Positions 13,689 to 26,379 of a stretch of 64,000 nucleotides of DNA are shown here, in pieces. The stretch is from Lingula anatina (taxonomy: Eukaryota; Animalia; Brachiopoda): positions 19,964,001-20,028,000 of the forward strand of contig CM120645.1 in the NCBI GenBank assembly GCA_051362555.1. The letters are read 5' to 3'. Made by a program: the position numbers and the translations under genes. The first letter of the stretch is position 1, and the number at the start of each line of letters is the position of its first letter. The notes under the pieces were generated by a model, which searched no databases, was not told the origin of the DNA, and saw only the letters and a list, made by a program, of their open reading frames with translations.

Positions 13689-14918
13689 ATGGATATCAAC
13701 GTGACCAACAAAACTATACCTATCGTACCATGTAGAGATTTCAACTGTATACCTTTCATCGTGATAAACGTGTTGCAAGCGTTGTTATGTTTGACAGTCA
13801 ATGCCGTCATGTTTTTAGCGTTTTTGAAATACCCATGGCTGCGCACCCAGACGAACATGATAATCTTTAGTATGGCTATATCTGATCTACTCATTGCCAG
13901 CGTTGTTATTCCTTGCCAAACACTGGGCATTTACGTGGTTTATCTTGTACCTTCGTTACAATATCTAATGGACGATATGTACTTTTGCTTTGCAAGACTT
14001 GCCTTAGGTTCTATATTCAATTCCGTTGGTATCATGCATTTGGTTTTGATTGCCATTGAAAGATATATGAAAATATGTCGCCCCTTGGCCTACAGCTCCA
14101 TCATGTCAAAGAGACACGTCCTTGCCGGCTGCATATTTATTTATATGTTTAGAATTGCAATTGCCTGTTTACACTTGGTTTGGTTTAAATGGGCACCGGG
14201 CACTGATTGCAAGGTAGAAAAAGTTCTGAATCCTGTGTTGTTACGCGGGAACACAGCTCTTTTGGTTCCAATATTCCTTGCATCTATTGGTTGTTACGTC
14301 GCAATATTTCGAAGAGTTGTGCTTATAAGACGAAACCAAAACCAAGCCTCTTCACTAATTGTTATACCGAAACAGGTTTCTGACATTCAAGACACGTGCG
14401 CTATTGAGACAGTGGATTCTGGTGTATATCGAGAGGCAAATGAAGATAATTGCTCTATTCCTTCTCAGAGCTCAGTACAAGGAATCCATGTTCAGTTCGA
14501 TAATGAAGACAGTGCATGCTCTGGATCACGTGACACACTCTCAGGTGACACACTGACAGGGGTAACTGTCATGTCTAGGTCATTTTCAGTGAGACAAAAA
14601 GATGGAAAAACTAAACACAGGAGCAGGAAAGGAAGACTTGAACAGAATGCAGAGATGCATCAGTCAAGGAAGGAATGTAGATTAATCAAAACAATTCTAA
14701 TAACAGAATGTGTGTATCTGATGTTTTATTTTCCATATGTATTGTTTTTATGGGCTAGTATCAGCAAGGAAGATGAGATGTGGTTCGTCTTAACAAGATA
14801 TGTTTTAAAGTCACTTTTTACTGTTGGTTGCGGAACGAACCCTATCATTTACGGGGTGCTCAACAGAAACTACAGACTTGCCATGAAGCAACTTTTGAGA
14901 AGGAGAGGTGCTAGATGA
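13689..14918 (+). CDS. Rhodopsin-like (class A) orphan GPCR, intronless CDS, 409 aa
   Basis: Seven hydrophobic segments; TM1 N, TM2 SMAISDLL, Cys at the top of TM3, IAIERYMKICRPLAY (E/DRY), TM6 FYFPY, TM7 NPIIY, helix 8 NRNYR; N-terminal NVT/NKT sequons; long Ser-rich third intracellular loop. Confidence 0.95.
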   Translation: MDINVTNKTIPIVPCRDFNCIPFIVINVLQALLCLTVNAVMFLAFLKYPWLRTQTNMIIFSMAISDLLIASVVIPCQTLGIYVVYLVPSLQYLMDDMYFCFARLALGSIFNSVGIMHLVLIAIERYMKICRPLAYSSIMSKRHVLAGCIFIYMFRIAIACLHLVWFKWAPGTDCKVEKVLNPVLLRGNTALLVPIFLASIGCYVAIFRRVVLIRRNQNQASSLIVIPKQVSDIQDTCAIETVDSGVYREANEDNCSIPSQSSVQGIHVQFDNEDSACSGSRDTLSGDTLTGVTVMSRSFSVRQKDGKTKHRSRKGRLEQNAEMHQSRKECRLIKTILITECVYLMFYFPYVLFLWASISKEDEMWFVLTRYVLKSLFTVGCGTNPIIYGVLNRNYRLAMKQLLRRRGAR

Positions 14919-16302
14919 CTTAATTTAGACTTTATATGCCAATGGGATCGAATTTACTGGGTCAATCACGAACACTAAACTAATCATCCATATTTAGTGT
15001 CTCTTTAAAAAGGTGTGTAACGTACTTGATGGATCCTTCAAGTCGCCCCGGAGGCCCGTGTTAATTTGTGATTGGCCTAGAAAACCTGATTCGCAGGCGT
15101 CAATACGCAATGCGTGTAGGATGTCGGTGCTTAAGAACTTTTTCAAGCAGATAGATAATATTCAAAGGTTTCGTGTCCAAGAGACAGACAAGAATTGCCT
15201 TATCCTGTATTCTAATTAAAGTGATTTATATAAGTTTTTTTTTTTTGCGTTTTTACCATCTCTATTTACTTGTTGGTATAATTCATAATGTACTGTCCCT
15301 ACACAAGTTTATGTTAAAAACTTTGTCTATCTGTTCATGACAGATATTTTAATTGGCTGGCCTGGTTTTGCTTTTCTCCACTTTCTTTAATATATAGACA
15401 AATAGCCAAGCAAGTAATTGAATAAACCTACTTTGATCAAATTTACTCACTCACATTTGGTTATTATCAATCAAAGTGCATTTTGCACGTACGACATTTG
15501 CAATGAATATAAGGCAATTTTGAAAAAATATCTTTTGATTTCGTGATCGTTCTGTATAGAAATTGATTACTTGTAAACAGTTAACGGCTGAGTTAACGGG
15601 TGAATGTTTCGAGCTGTTGTTTGAAAGACGTCTATAAAAAACTTTTAGCCCAGAAACTTTTTCGTTTTCTACTTTTAATAATCAACTAGAAAGACATTTA
15701 TTTCTTTTCTTTTCTTTTTTTTTGTCACCTTTTACACTGTTAAATACATTTACACTGAATTATTAGCCTACTTAATAAAATAAGTGGAAAGTTTTTGCCT
15801 GTCAACCACAGTCAACCACAAGTAGGCCCACAAGCTTAGTTTTACTTACCTGTCTGATCCATTCATTTGTTTCTACAACATAGTAAATAAATAAATAAAT
15901 AAAATAAATAAATAAATAGATAAATAAATAAAAACAAATAAGAGATCAATGCATATTAGTTATTAAGTTATTTTAAAGTATGTAGGCCTACATGTAAAAA
16001 CCCAAAACTATACCTGCATTACAAACGACATGCCATCAGTGGGTACTACCATCCTCGTTTTAATATTTCCGTCTGCTTTCAGGAAAGCTCATGTTTTAGT
16101 GAAAGCATTACAGAGATACTTACAACTGATTATCATTATTTGGGCTGTTCATCTCGCAATTATTGGCTTGGAAAATCAAGTTATGTTACAATAACGTCGA
16201 CACATGCGAAGTTTATTCTTTGGACCGTAGCTTTTCGGCCCATATAGCAGCATTTTGGTCTGTGTCTTCGAAAATTGACCGTAACTGGCTAAGGTATAGA
16301 AA

Positions 16303-17181
16303 ATGCAGCACACCATATTACTTATGGTTAACGTTCTGATGATCAAATACTTAGGAGCCTATGCAGGTAAGTGGGTTTTTATTTTAGATAAAAAATGAAA
16401 ATAGAATAAATAAGAGAATGAACGAAAAAAGACGCAATCGTATTGTATAATTTTGAATGAGTTGGGGAAAACGTGAGGAAACAAGTGTTGCTGTTACAAC
16501 AATGAAAACGGGTAAAAATGTTTAGAGAAATTGATTTCTCTCGAAGGTTGATTTACTTAAATATTTCAAGAATCTGAAGTGAAATGATATCTTTGTCCAC
16601 ATTCTAAGAGGCATGACAATATCCCTAAGGCCAAAACTGTACCTCTAAAGAAAAGTGTGAGAGTATTTTTCAAGCCCTGTTGAAAAGATGAAGAAAAGTA
16701 GAAATAAACCTGTTCTGGGATTTAATTTTAGTATGCACTTTATCATTCCCTGAAAGGAGTTCTTTCCGTAGCGTCCCACCTGTAAACCTGTCTCTTCGAC
16801 TTCGTATTTTTTCTTCATTTTTCTTCACATTAAGTTTAAAACATCCTTTATTTATCCTTCTATTATTTTGAACCCTCAACATTAAATGTAGGGGTACAAA
16901 TGTTGTGGATTATACCCGAGACGTGAATTAAACATCAAACCTACAGTCACGTGCATTATTGCATATCTGAGAAGATGACATAACGACCGCCACCAATTTT
17001 GATTATTTGTTTTGTATTTTGATACAAAAAGAGGATTATCATTATTATTTAAACTATCAAATTTCATAACAGATGATGTATTTCCTGTATAAAGAAGACC
17101 GTGTGTTTGGTGGTCCTTGTTATACGAAAAGGGGTAAAATCAACGATGAAAGCAATCTAAAAACAGCAATGAACTCTCCTC

Positions 17182-17230
<49 letters not shown>

Positions 17231-17593
17231 GAGGATTGCGGTGTATTGATGTATTATGAATGTATTTGGGTCTCCTTATCTATCTTTCAGCTAACAGATC
17301 CGAATCCTTGGAATGCTACGACTGCATATATGTCAAGGCCTCCGCGGATGAGACAGCTTTTAACCGAGACTTGATGGGGTCCAGCTTTCCCCAAGATCTC
17401 AGCTGTTTGGATGTCCACAAGGTGAGACCGAGGACAGGCAAGGAGAGGTTGTGTCAGAGTGGGGCCTGTGTTCGCGGCAACGTCAGTTTTACCATGAAGT
17501 TCCCACTTCCTGGATTTTCTGAGGTGGGTTAAAGCAAAAGTGGTGTGTATCTAAGATTTACTATGAACTAGCTATCCGCCTTTGTATGGCAAA

Positions 17594-17636
<43 letters not shown>

Positions 17637-18494
17637 AATTAATTGTTAAATTCATAAAGTGAAATAAATTTAATAAAGAGAAGAAAATTCATGGAATTTG
17701 CAAACATTTTCCCGCAATTAACAAGGTTTAACCAGGCCCAGCTATGGAGAAAATAGCGAACTGTAAACCCGTTTTCGTGATCTAAATTTCTATTGTAACC
17801 GTTGGAATTCACCAGTTTTCATCTCCATTAAGAAAATGACGCAAAAATCTTGTAACTCAAAATGGGATTATAGATTGTCATTTTGTACAAGGTTTATTGC
17901 CTTGTTGAGTAATTATTGCTTATTTAAAAAAGTATGTTTGAAACGGTTGAACAAAATTATCAATTTCTGACCGCAGTACCAATTTTTGTTACTAGATAGA
18001 CAATAAAAAAAAAAACGCTTCCGATAGATTTAAAACGGGACTGTTTGGAGATTAATCATTTGATTGTATCATTACTAACGATCCCTTTCTTGGGTTCCTT
18101 TCAGTCTTTGTTTACTGAGAAACCACACCCATTTATTAAACGTCATTCGTTATGCTCTGAGTTTTCAAAGATTTAATCTTTTCTTCAGAACAAATACACA
18201 ATGGATCTCCACCTCACAGCTCGGTCCTGTGCACCAGAAGGTCTTGCGGGAGTAAACGGCTGTCATCAGTTCGATCCCCATGACAACGACACGTGGGACA
18301 CGAGCTTCTTCCCGAGCTTGACCCTTTCAGGGAACGTGATTATCGGAAACATCACGGGAGAAGTGTGCGTGTGTGACGACGAGAGACTGTGTAACGGAGG
18401 AACGTCAGATCTCGCGAGATTCCACGAGTACCTGGCCCGCGCGATCAGTCTTTTCTTTCTGATTTTGTTTCTCTGGTGTGAACTTTATTCATAG
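16303..18494 (+). CDS. Ly6/uPAR (three-finger, quiver/sleepless-like) GPI-anchored protein, gene 1
   Basis: Exons 16303-16366 (signal peptide MQHTILLMVNVLMIKYLGAYA, phase 1), 17291-17523 (LECYDC..., phase 0) and 18189-18494 (...CVCDDERLCN + hydrophobic tail). All GT-AG and in frame, with 10 domain cysteines. Confidence 0.9.
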
Positions 18495-18940
18495 ATAAAA
18501 CTTTATTCATAGATAACGTACAAAGTTTAACATTGCTTTTTTAGAAATTACATGCCAGAAAAGAAGTATTCTTTTATGTGTAGCAGTCATACAGCAAACC
18601 TGGAAAACGGGTGATTTTTTAGTAAAAGATAATGGTTGCAGTTGTTGCGTATCAAATTTCTTTGGTATAAAATCTAGAAGCTTAACAATTGTTTCATTCT
18701 ATTAAATAAGTTCAAAAAGTTTACTCGTTTTGTTCAGGAACTATTCTTACTATTTCATTGTATGTATTTGCAGTGCATTCAATTCTAATCAAGTTGAAGA
18801 TATTTGATTGGAATTCATCTAAATGTAAGTATTTTTTATTTGTTAACAATAAATTTTATGATTTGTTTGTGAATATAAGTTGAACGATTTTAGTATTCTA
18901 TCATGACTAAAGTGCTCTGTTAATATCTACTTGTGGGAGG

Positions 18941-19202
18941 CAGGGGCGGATCCAGGATTATATGAATGGGAGGGGGGAGCCAGGATCGACAGGCCTCGGA
19001 TTCGAAGCCGACCGTCATCCCTTTATTGTTGGGTTCAGTGCCTGCTCAAGGGCCCCGTATAATTTTTAGTGTTTTGGACAGCAAACAGTGCCCTTTTGGT
19101 ACGGTTTAGAGGGGAATATTGGTGTGATATATTTTTCAGAAACCGAGGGGGGGGGGGGGGGGGTCAGGACCCCCCCCTGAACCCCCTCTAAATCCGCCAC
19201 TG
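18941..19202. mobile_element. CAGGGGCGGATC...ATCCGCCACTG MITE
   Basis: Terminal inverted repeats and G/C runs shared with the 22361 and 41845 copies. Confidence 0.75.
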
Positions 19203-20610
19203 GTGGGGGGGGGGGGGCATATTGGAATATGGTGAATGACCACAAAATCAAAGAACCAGAAAACATATTCCCTCTTTGAACCAACAAAAGAACATTGTTT
19301 TAATGAAAAACTTTTTTCAAACAAGCACTGTACTTTTCGGATTCGTTTTATCTTTTCGGATTTTTTTCCAATCAGACTTTTCTGTCTCCTTGCTCTGACC
19401 GACAAATTTCTCTGCTGAAAAGAAATTAAAATAATTGATCACCCCCCCCCCCCAAAAAAAAAAAAGCGAATCGCATAAAATAATAATTTTTTAATAAGAA
19501 CCACATAAGACATCTCCCCCATACACACACACCGTCCACCGCCAACAAAGTAAGCTCAGTTAAACTGAGACCGATTTCACAGAACTTCAGTTTGAAAATT
19601 GGTCGTAACATTTAAGACCCAAATGTTGGTATTTATTTAATTTGAGAACCACCGATTATTTAATCATGGATTAAAGTAGACTTAAGTTCTTTTATGAAAC
19701 GGGTTTCTGCTTGAGTTACGCGAATACAACACTTATGGCACTAACCTGCTTGCTTTTTAACGGTCGAAATGACGAAAAATCTAAAATCAAGAAGGCGGAT
19801 TGTGGGGTTGCAAGATCTGATCAAAATTCACACCCATTTACAGCGACTATGTCAAAATGACAAGTTAGAATAAAGACTTAAATGACCTCGGGTGCTTTTG
19901 AATTAGTTTCCCGACCCACGTGTACCTACCTGCATTTATTAGTCACTGAGGTATGGTCGGGTGAAAATACATAATGACGTCAGCACGGTGTTTCAATTGA
20001 ATATACTAAAAAGAAAATTGATAAATATATAAAGACATATAATAGAAATGGTGTACATTTTTTTTAATTTGATGAAATTCGAAAAAAATTGAAGTTGAAC
20101 TTCGAGTGGATCGCACATTAGTTTAGTTTTGGCGCAAAAGGAAATACCAGTATATTTTAACTTCTTTGAAAGTATTCTAGATTATTGTATCCGTTAATTC
20201 CTCTAAAGAGTAAAAATAATAACACACGAGTCAACTGCATTTAGTGGGACCTTTTTCACCTTATATGGTTGAAACCAAGGTGAAACTATGTTTGAAAATT
20301 TTAATTTAGTCAGCAAGGACTTGTGGTAGCATTAGTGAGGGTGAATATGTACCCGAAGTTGTGTGATCTGTTCCAAACGCCAAACTTCTGCGCTACAAAT
20401 ACATTGGGCTTATTTAAATATCAAATAATATCACCTCCATTTTATTGATAAATCTCTTTTCGTCTTTTCTCGTCCTCTTTCCTCAAACTGCTCTGAAATA
20501 ATAGCAAAGGATAACTTACCTTTGAAATACGTCATTGTTATACCCCGCCTGAAGAATTCGTCACCCTGTTTTCTATATCACATATAGAGACCGCTTCCTG
20601 TTAGTACTCA

Positions 20611-20653
20611 GTCACAGCAAGGAGTTATAACAGTTATAACTCCTTGGTCACAG
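20611..20653. mobile_element. 29-bp palindromic transposon footprint with a 7-bp TSD in the Ly6 gene 2 leader
   Basis: GTCACAG-CAAGGAGTTATAAC-A-GTTATAACTCCTTG-GTCACAG; the paralogous Ly6 gene 3 leader (32955) has a single GTCACAG. Confidence 0.8.
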
Positions 20654-20672
20654 CAAGTATCAGAGCAAAACG

Positions 20673-21806
20673 ATGGCCACCTGTTGGATTGTGAACTATG
20701 TATCGTGGAGCCTTTTCTTCATTTCTCTGAAAGGTAAGTACAGATCAATGACTCGTAACATTTGTGAGTAGTAAGCGTCTGTAATTCGGGTGCAATTCCC
20801 GTCTGTATCACTCCCATTTATGAGCCGAGTGACAAGCGTTAAGAATCACACTTCATAAATGCAGATGTCTCAAATGGAAACCAAGAATCAATGTCTTTAT
20901 GCACAAAACGGACAGGAGATCGGTTAGCAAATAACACTGAAGAAACTAGGTCTGAAAACGTGTCCGTGTTTTTTTCTGCATGTGTTGCAAGTGGGTGTCA
21001 GGAAGGGCTTGTGATTACAATAAAGTAATTAAACTATATCAGGCCCTTAGCCAGCAATTTCAAAGGGGGGGGGGGGGGGGGGGTTCTTTACCTGAATATT
21101 TGGACCCTTTACAATGAAACCTTCGTATACCTAGATCAAATTTTACCCAGATTGGACTTTTTGACAGCAAAAAAGGGTGGTTCTTTCGACCCCCCCCCCC
21201 GACCCCCCCTGGTAAGGGCCTGTATATAAATCCGATTTTTTATATGATAATGGTGTCACATGTATATCGGGTTAATATACTGCTATGTTTGAGGAGTGGG
21301 GGGGGGGGTCTTATAATTTTATGCATTTATCCTTCCTCAAATTACATGAAATAAGAGGTTGCAACACGCAGGTGTGTTCAGTATCTGAATCACAGCGTGC
21401 ACGATATTCACACACAATGTAAATTAGCAACAGAAAGGAATGGGGATGCAATCTGCAGATGTAATGTAATAGAATAAGGACTTCGACCCTGTTAAAATAA
21501 GTTGGTTGGCTGGGAGAGGGAAGTAGGTATATCCAGATACACATACTGTATATCCTGATTTGCTGAGACACAGTCATGTGATAAAAGCACGCAAATTTTG
21601 TTTTTTGTTCACCCCGTTAGTGAATCCGACCTTTACACCATTAGAAGAATTTGGTACTTAGTATATAGAGCATGTAGCAGGATTCTGCCCAAAGGAGAGG
21701 GGGGGGGGGATTAATGGACAAGATGAATGTAACGCTGCAGACGGTTTGATTAAGATGTGTAGGCCAAAGGGTGGAAAATTGCTTGGTTTTGTTGCAGTTG
21801 TTCACT

Positions 21807-21841
<35 letters not shown>

Positions 21842-22375
21842 GGGGGGGGGGGGGCTCAGAAACCCAGGGAGGAGCAACTGCACCCCCCTCTGCGCACCTT
21901 GACCCGCCGTGCATGTGTGCAGGGTATATCAATGGTTGTTTCTACGATGAATTCACTGCGCATTGTAGTTTGTTCTGCCATTATTGTTCTACAAAAAATA
22001 GAAGCACGTACTGCATGGTTTAACTTTTTGGCGACTAGCTTATAAGCACAAATAGGTACTGGATGGGTGTTTTTGTAGAGAAGGAAAGGTTTGTGTGCTC
22101 TAGACTTCAAAAGCCCTCAAGGCCGAAAAGAAAAAACCGAAGGTGTCTCAGGTGTTCGTGCTTAAGCTTGAAGAGTCTGTTTAATTACGTGCAGCGCCTG
22201 AAGACGGCGGGTGATATTCATATAGAGTGAATATCAGCTATGTTTGTTATGAAAATATCAAAACACGAACCGCTGAAAACGCATGTGTTCTACATATCCT
22301 GTCGTCTGCTTCTGAGGCCGGCTAATTTTGATCGGAGGTGATCATGACGCACGCGCCAACCAGTGGTGAATTTCA

Positions 22376-22417
<42 letters not shown>

Positions 22418-23852
22418 GGTCAGGAGGTCCTTCGGTTTCAGAAAAATATATCACACCAATATTCTTGAAAATTAGAATTTTGACTAGCTGAATCATAGTT
22501 CTTTCCAGACCCCCCCCTTAAAACATTAATCCTGGATCCGCCCCTGGCCAACCCCTGATACAGACGGTTTATAGGATAAAACTAAAAGAACCTCGAAGTG
22601 TGCCCGTCGTGTGAAATTCGTAGGAACGGTGATCAAAGGAATTCCCTATCAACTCTCTCTCTCCCATCATTCCCTCTCTCACTTATTCTCTCCCGCACGC
22701 ACACATACAAACACACACCACGACATGATGCGGTTATTATAGATCACGTAACCTAAAACTTGGACATAATAACATTATTTTGTCGATGCCTAAAACAAGA
22801 GACCCAATGCAAAATAGAAATGGAAAAACAAAACGAGCAGTCCTACTATCAAAATTGGCCGACTTCAGAAGCAGACGGCAAGATGCGCTGTTCGTGCTCG
22901 GCACCAAATCAGTGTTTTAACTGACTATCACCCTGCCACGAGTTTTCTATTTAAGGAAATAAGTAAGGGTAATTTTAAAGGCTACTTTCTGCAAAAAAAA
23001 AAAAAAAAAAAAAAAGCTGTTTTTGGCTATGCCATGAAATATTGGTTGGAATTCCCGCTCACAATTTCTTTTAGCGTTGCGTGCTATTTATCGATACCTG
23101 ACCCCTTTTTAACGAGGACTCATGATATTAAAGGGATAATAACTCTTCGTATGAAATCTATATTTCACAAATAAATATAATATATTCTGTTTTACGACGA
23201 AAACAGCAGTTATAGCTATTATTCTGATATCTGAGCTTGTCTTCAGATCACGTGACCTCCATTGATGGCTATACTCTGTTATAATCTCTTAAGAGATTTT
23301 AACAAAAAAACTAAACTTCTTAGAAAAAAACCAGGGACTAACTTTGAATGTAAAAATGGATTCATTAACCATTGGTAAGCATGGGAAAATTGTTGTTTAC
23401 TCCAGGAAAATTCATTTTTTGGCCAAAACGAAGAGTTATTATCCCTTTAATATCTATTTTTTTATATTTCAGAGCTTGTTTATTGTTGATGTTCCGTAAT
23501 AATTCATCCGCTGTCTGTATGTCCCTTTCTAATATGTTATGTCACTTGTATCATTAGAGAATAGCATTCTGGAGGCAGTCAAAACATTTTTCCAAAACAA
23601 TAATAACGATAGTATTTATTTCTTTGAAATGAAAACAGCTGGATTGTGCGTTAAGATAATGTTAATCAACAAGAAGGATGTAGTAGATTACTAGTAAAAT
23701 ATCTATAAAACTTGTGATAGAAGCTGAGGGCAAAAAATATTCAGAAATGTAAATAGCATAACGGCATATTGAATAGCATTAAAAGATTGTTACAATAACG
23801 ATAAATCTATTTATTTTATAGGCTTAATTTGAACTCTTCTCTAAATACACGT

Positions 23853-23899
<47 letters not shown>

Positions 23900-25229
23900 T
23901 TAGTGAGTGTGTCCCACCCCATGCACTGAAACCTCCATCTATTTCATAACGTTTAAACAATAGGGGGACTTACTATCTCGGTCCTACTGTTCGTGCGGAT
24001 GAATTCATTTGCGTCTCACATACATATGCATGTGTGTACATGTAGTGCATTTTGCTGTGCTCGTTGTCGCATTGCATTTGAATATTCACTGTAAAAGCCA
24101 TTATAATTTCACGTTTTAAAAATAGCCCAAAAAGTATATTGATCTGCTTTACGTGATCTCCATATTTTAATTGTATCAATATTTTATCAGCACACGCTGA
24201 TGCAAGCTGAAGTAACAAAAAAGACTATTGCTTCATTTACAGTAAAAGTCCACGCATGGAAGCTATTCAGTGACTATCAGGGGAGTATGCGGCAAGCGTT
24301 CAAGCGGGTCGATCATAATTGATCTGCGGATATGTTAGTCCGCAAATCAACTTGCTATGAATGCGCCTAATAAATACATGTACACACGTGTGGCTTTTAC
24401 ATAAGTTTAACTCTGTGTTTTTTTTTAGATCTTGTGACTGGGGAGGAATGCTATAGCTGTTCATCCTATACAGTGAAGTTTGATACAGATAACATACTCG
24501 GAAGCATCGTAAGCACCCCAATTAATAATGCCCTGGCGAAACTTCCCACAGACGAAGATTGTGAGGCAAGCCGAATCGCCAGTCTTGGCACGACATCTTG
24601 TAATGGAGGATGTGAGAAGGCTAATGTGACGATGCATTTCAATGTTCAGTTTTTGGTATGTTTTTTTTTCCTTTTTCTGAATGGAAAATGTAGCAATCTC
24701 TTCCCCATTTCATTATACGTAATAAATGGAATGCTTGTGTGTAGGCGACAGTATTTTGTATAGTAAAGAACAGTGCAGCAATCTGAATCTATCATAACGA
24801 TTAAAATGACTATCCTAAACCGTGTTTAAGTTTTCTTACAGTTTACAGCCAATACTAATATAAATTATAATTGATACGTGTAGTCTTATTACCGGAGTAA
24901 GTGCATATTTTCTTTCATTTTAGGGCGAACACAGAGTTTCGGTGAGAACAGTGTCACGTGGTTGCGCAAATGACGCCAGTGCCGGAAGTTCAGTTTTAAT
25001 CAGTGACAACGGCTGCCGCAAGCCGGCGGGTAAAGATGACTTGTTTCCAGGGGCAGATGCAGTCTTCAAAATCTTAGAGTCCGTTGGGGCGCCTTCCTTG
25101 GATCGCCAGACTGGAGAAGAATGTGTGTGTCGTGGAAACCTCTGCAACAGTTCGACGTCATTGTTTGCCTGTGGAATATTACTGGCAAGCTGTCTTTTCT
25201 TGACTGCAGCTTTGAAGAGCGTCCTCTAG
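20673..25229 (+). CDS. Ly6/uPAR (three-finger) GPI-anchored protein, gene 2
   Basis: Exons 20673-20733 (MATCWIVNYVSWSLFFISLK), 24429-24655 (GEECYSC...QFL) and 24924-25229 (...CVCRGNLCNSS + hydrophobic tail). Same intron phases as gene 1; 10 domain cysteines. Confidence 0.92.
21040..21222. mobile_element. CAGGCCC...GGGCCTG MITE with TATAT duplication
   Basis: TIRs CAGGCCCTTAGCCAG / CTGGTAAGGGCCTG, flanked by TATAT on both sides. Confidence 0.7.
22209..22932. mobile_element. Inverted-repeat element hosting a nested MITE
   Basis: ATCCTGTCGTCTGCTTCTGAGGCCGGCTAATTTTGAT (~22296) is inverted as ATCAAAATTGGCCGACTTCAGAAGCAGACGGCAAGAT (~22848); outer ends GGGTGATA / TATCACCC. Confidence 0.55.
22361..22546. 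mobile_element. CAGTGG...GGATCCGCCCCTG MITE with 6-bp TSD GCCAAC
   Basis: GCCAAC flanks both ends exactly; the family core AATTTTGACTAGCTGAATCATAGTT is present. Confidence 0.8.
23128..23450. mobile_element. Kolobok-like MITE, TTAA TSD
   Basis: TTAA-AGGGATAATAACTCTTCGT ... ACGAAGAGTTATTATCCCT-TTAA, perfect TIRs. Confidence 0.8.
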
Positions 25230-25446
25230 TGACAGCGTTTATCAAGTGACTTCGTGCAGTGTGTTTTTGCAAATAGCCTAAAAGGACATGCGATTTAATT
25301 CCCACGTAGACGTTGCATAATGAGAGCATAATGCTTGAACTTTATTAACATTTTTGTTTTTTGTGAGTGTGAGATTGAGATGTCCTTCCCATGTTGGGAG
25401 GAGGATTGTGGACAAAGTGAAATGGCCGACTCCCTTCATTTCTTGT

Positions 25447-25505
<59 letters not shown>

Positions 25506-25610
25506 CAGAGAGAAAGAGAGACGCTATCAGTATTAGTCGGTATTTTTTGTGGTGAACTCTTAAGTGACTGCTGGACAGTCGAGAGTTTGCCACATGGAGC
25601 CTAGACCCTA

Positions 25611-25721
25611 TTCCCATTGATAACATTGGTCTAAGCTCCATGACATTCAGTTAAGCTGATTGCGCTAGCGAGAATCCCCGCAGTTGAGTCGATCCAGGTA
25701 GACCGATGATGTCTATGGGAA
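25611..25721. mobile_element. Internally deleted copy of the 2387 foldback MITE
   Basis: TTCCCATTGATAACATTGGTCTA ... TCAGTTAAGCTGATTGC...AGACCGATGATGTCTATGGGAA. Confidence 0.7.
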
Positions 25722-26379
25722 TGGGATCTTAACCTTAGCCATATTGTATTCAATATATTTTTGTTTACCACCGGGTCTGTGAAATCCATTTGAAACCTGG
25801 TCACCATACCTTGCCTTTTTGTCAAGGAATTCATTCAACTCACTTTCATCCGTTTGTGTTAATCATACTCTGTAAGATGTAACGCACTTTTTTTTATTCA
25901 AATAGAGATATTGTATATGGTAAAATACTCAGTTACATTAATTCAGGTGACATTTTGTTGGATTATTCTTCATATATGGTTGATTTTCAAATTAAATAAA
26001 AAATATATAAATTATATATCGTTTTTGATCTAGCTCTTCACAAAGAAGTAAAAAGCGTTTCCTAAGTTAGCATTATTTAAACGGTTAAAGAGAGGGGGGA
26101 AAAAGACTGCAACACAGCATAACGTATTTTACTATTAATTAATTAATTACTAAAATTGATGCAACAACTATTTGAAGCCAGCTTCGTTAACGCTTCACAA
26201 AAATATATTTGTTGTGGGTATGCAGACACGTGACGTTTATGTGCGAACTGTTCAGTAAGGTCTGAGTAGTGTTAATATCATGTGACTGGTCACTTGAGTA
26301 GTGTTATCAAATAGAAGGTGATGAGGAAAAGTAGATTTTAGAGTTAGGTCATTCGAAGGCTCTTTCGCATTCCGTGAAG

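Noticed and set aside
14800-14855. Lys in GPCR TM7 suggesting an opsin
   Set aside because: The Lys is 10 residues before the N of NPIIY; the opsin Schiff-base Lys is 6 residues before it.
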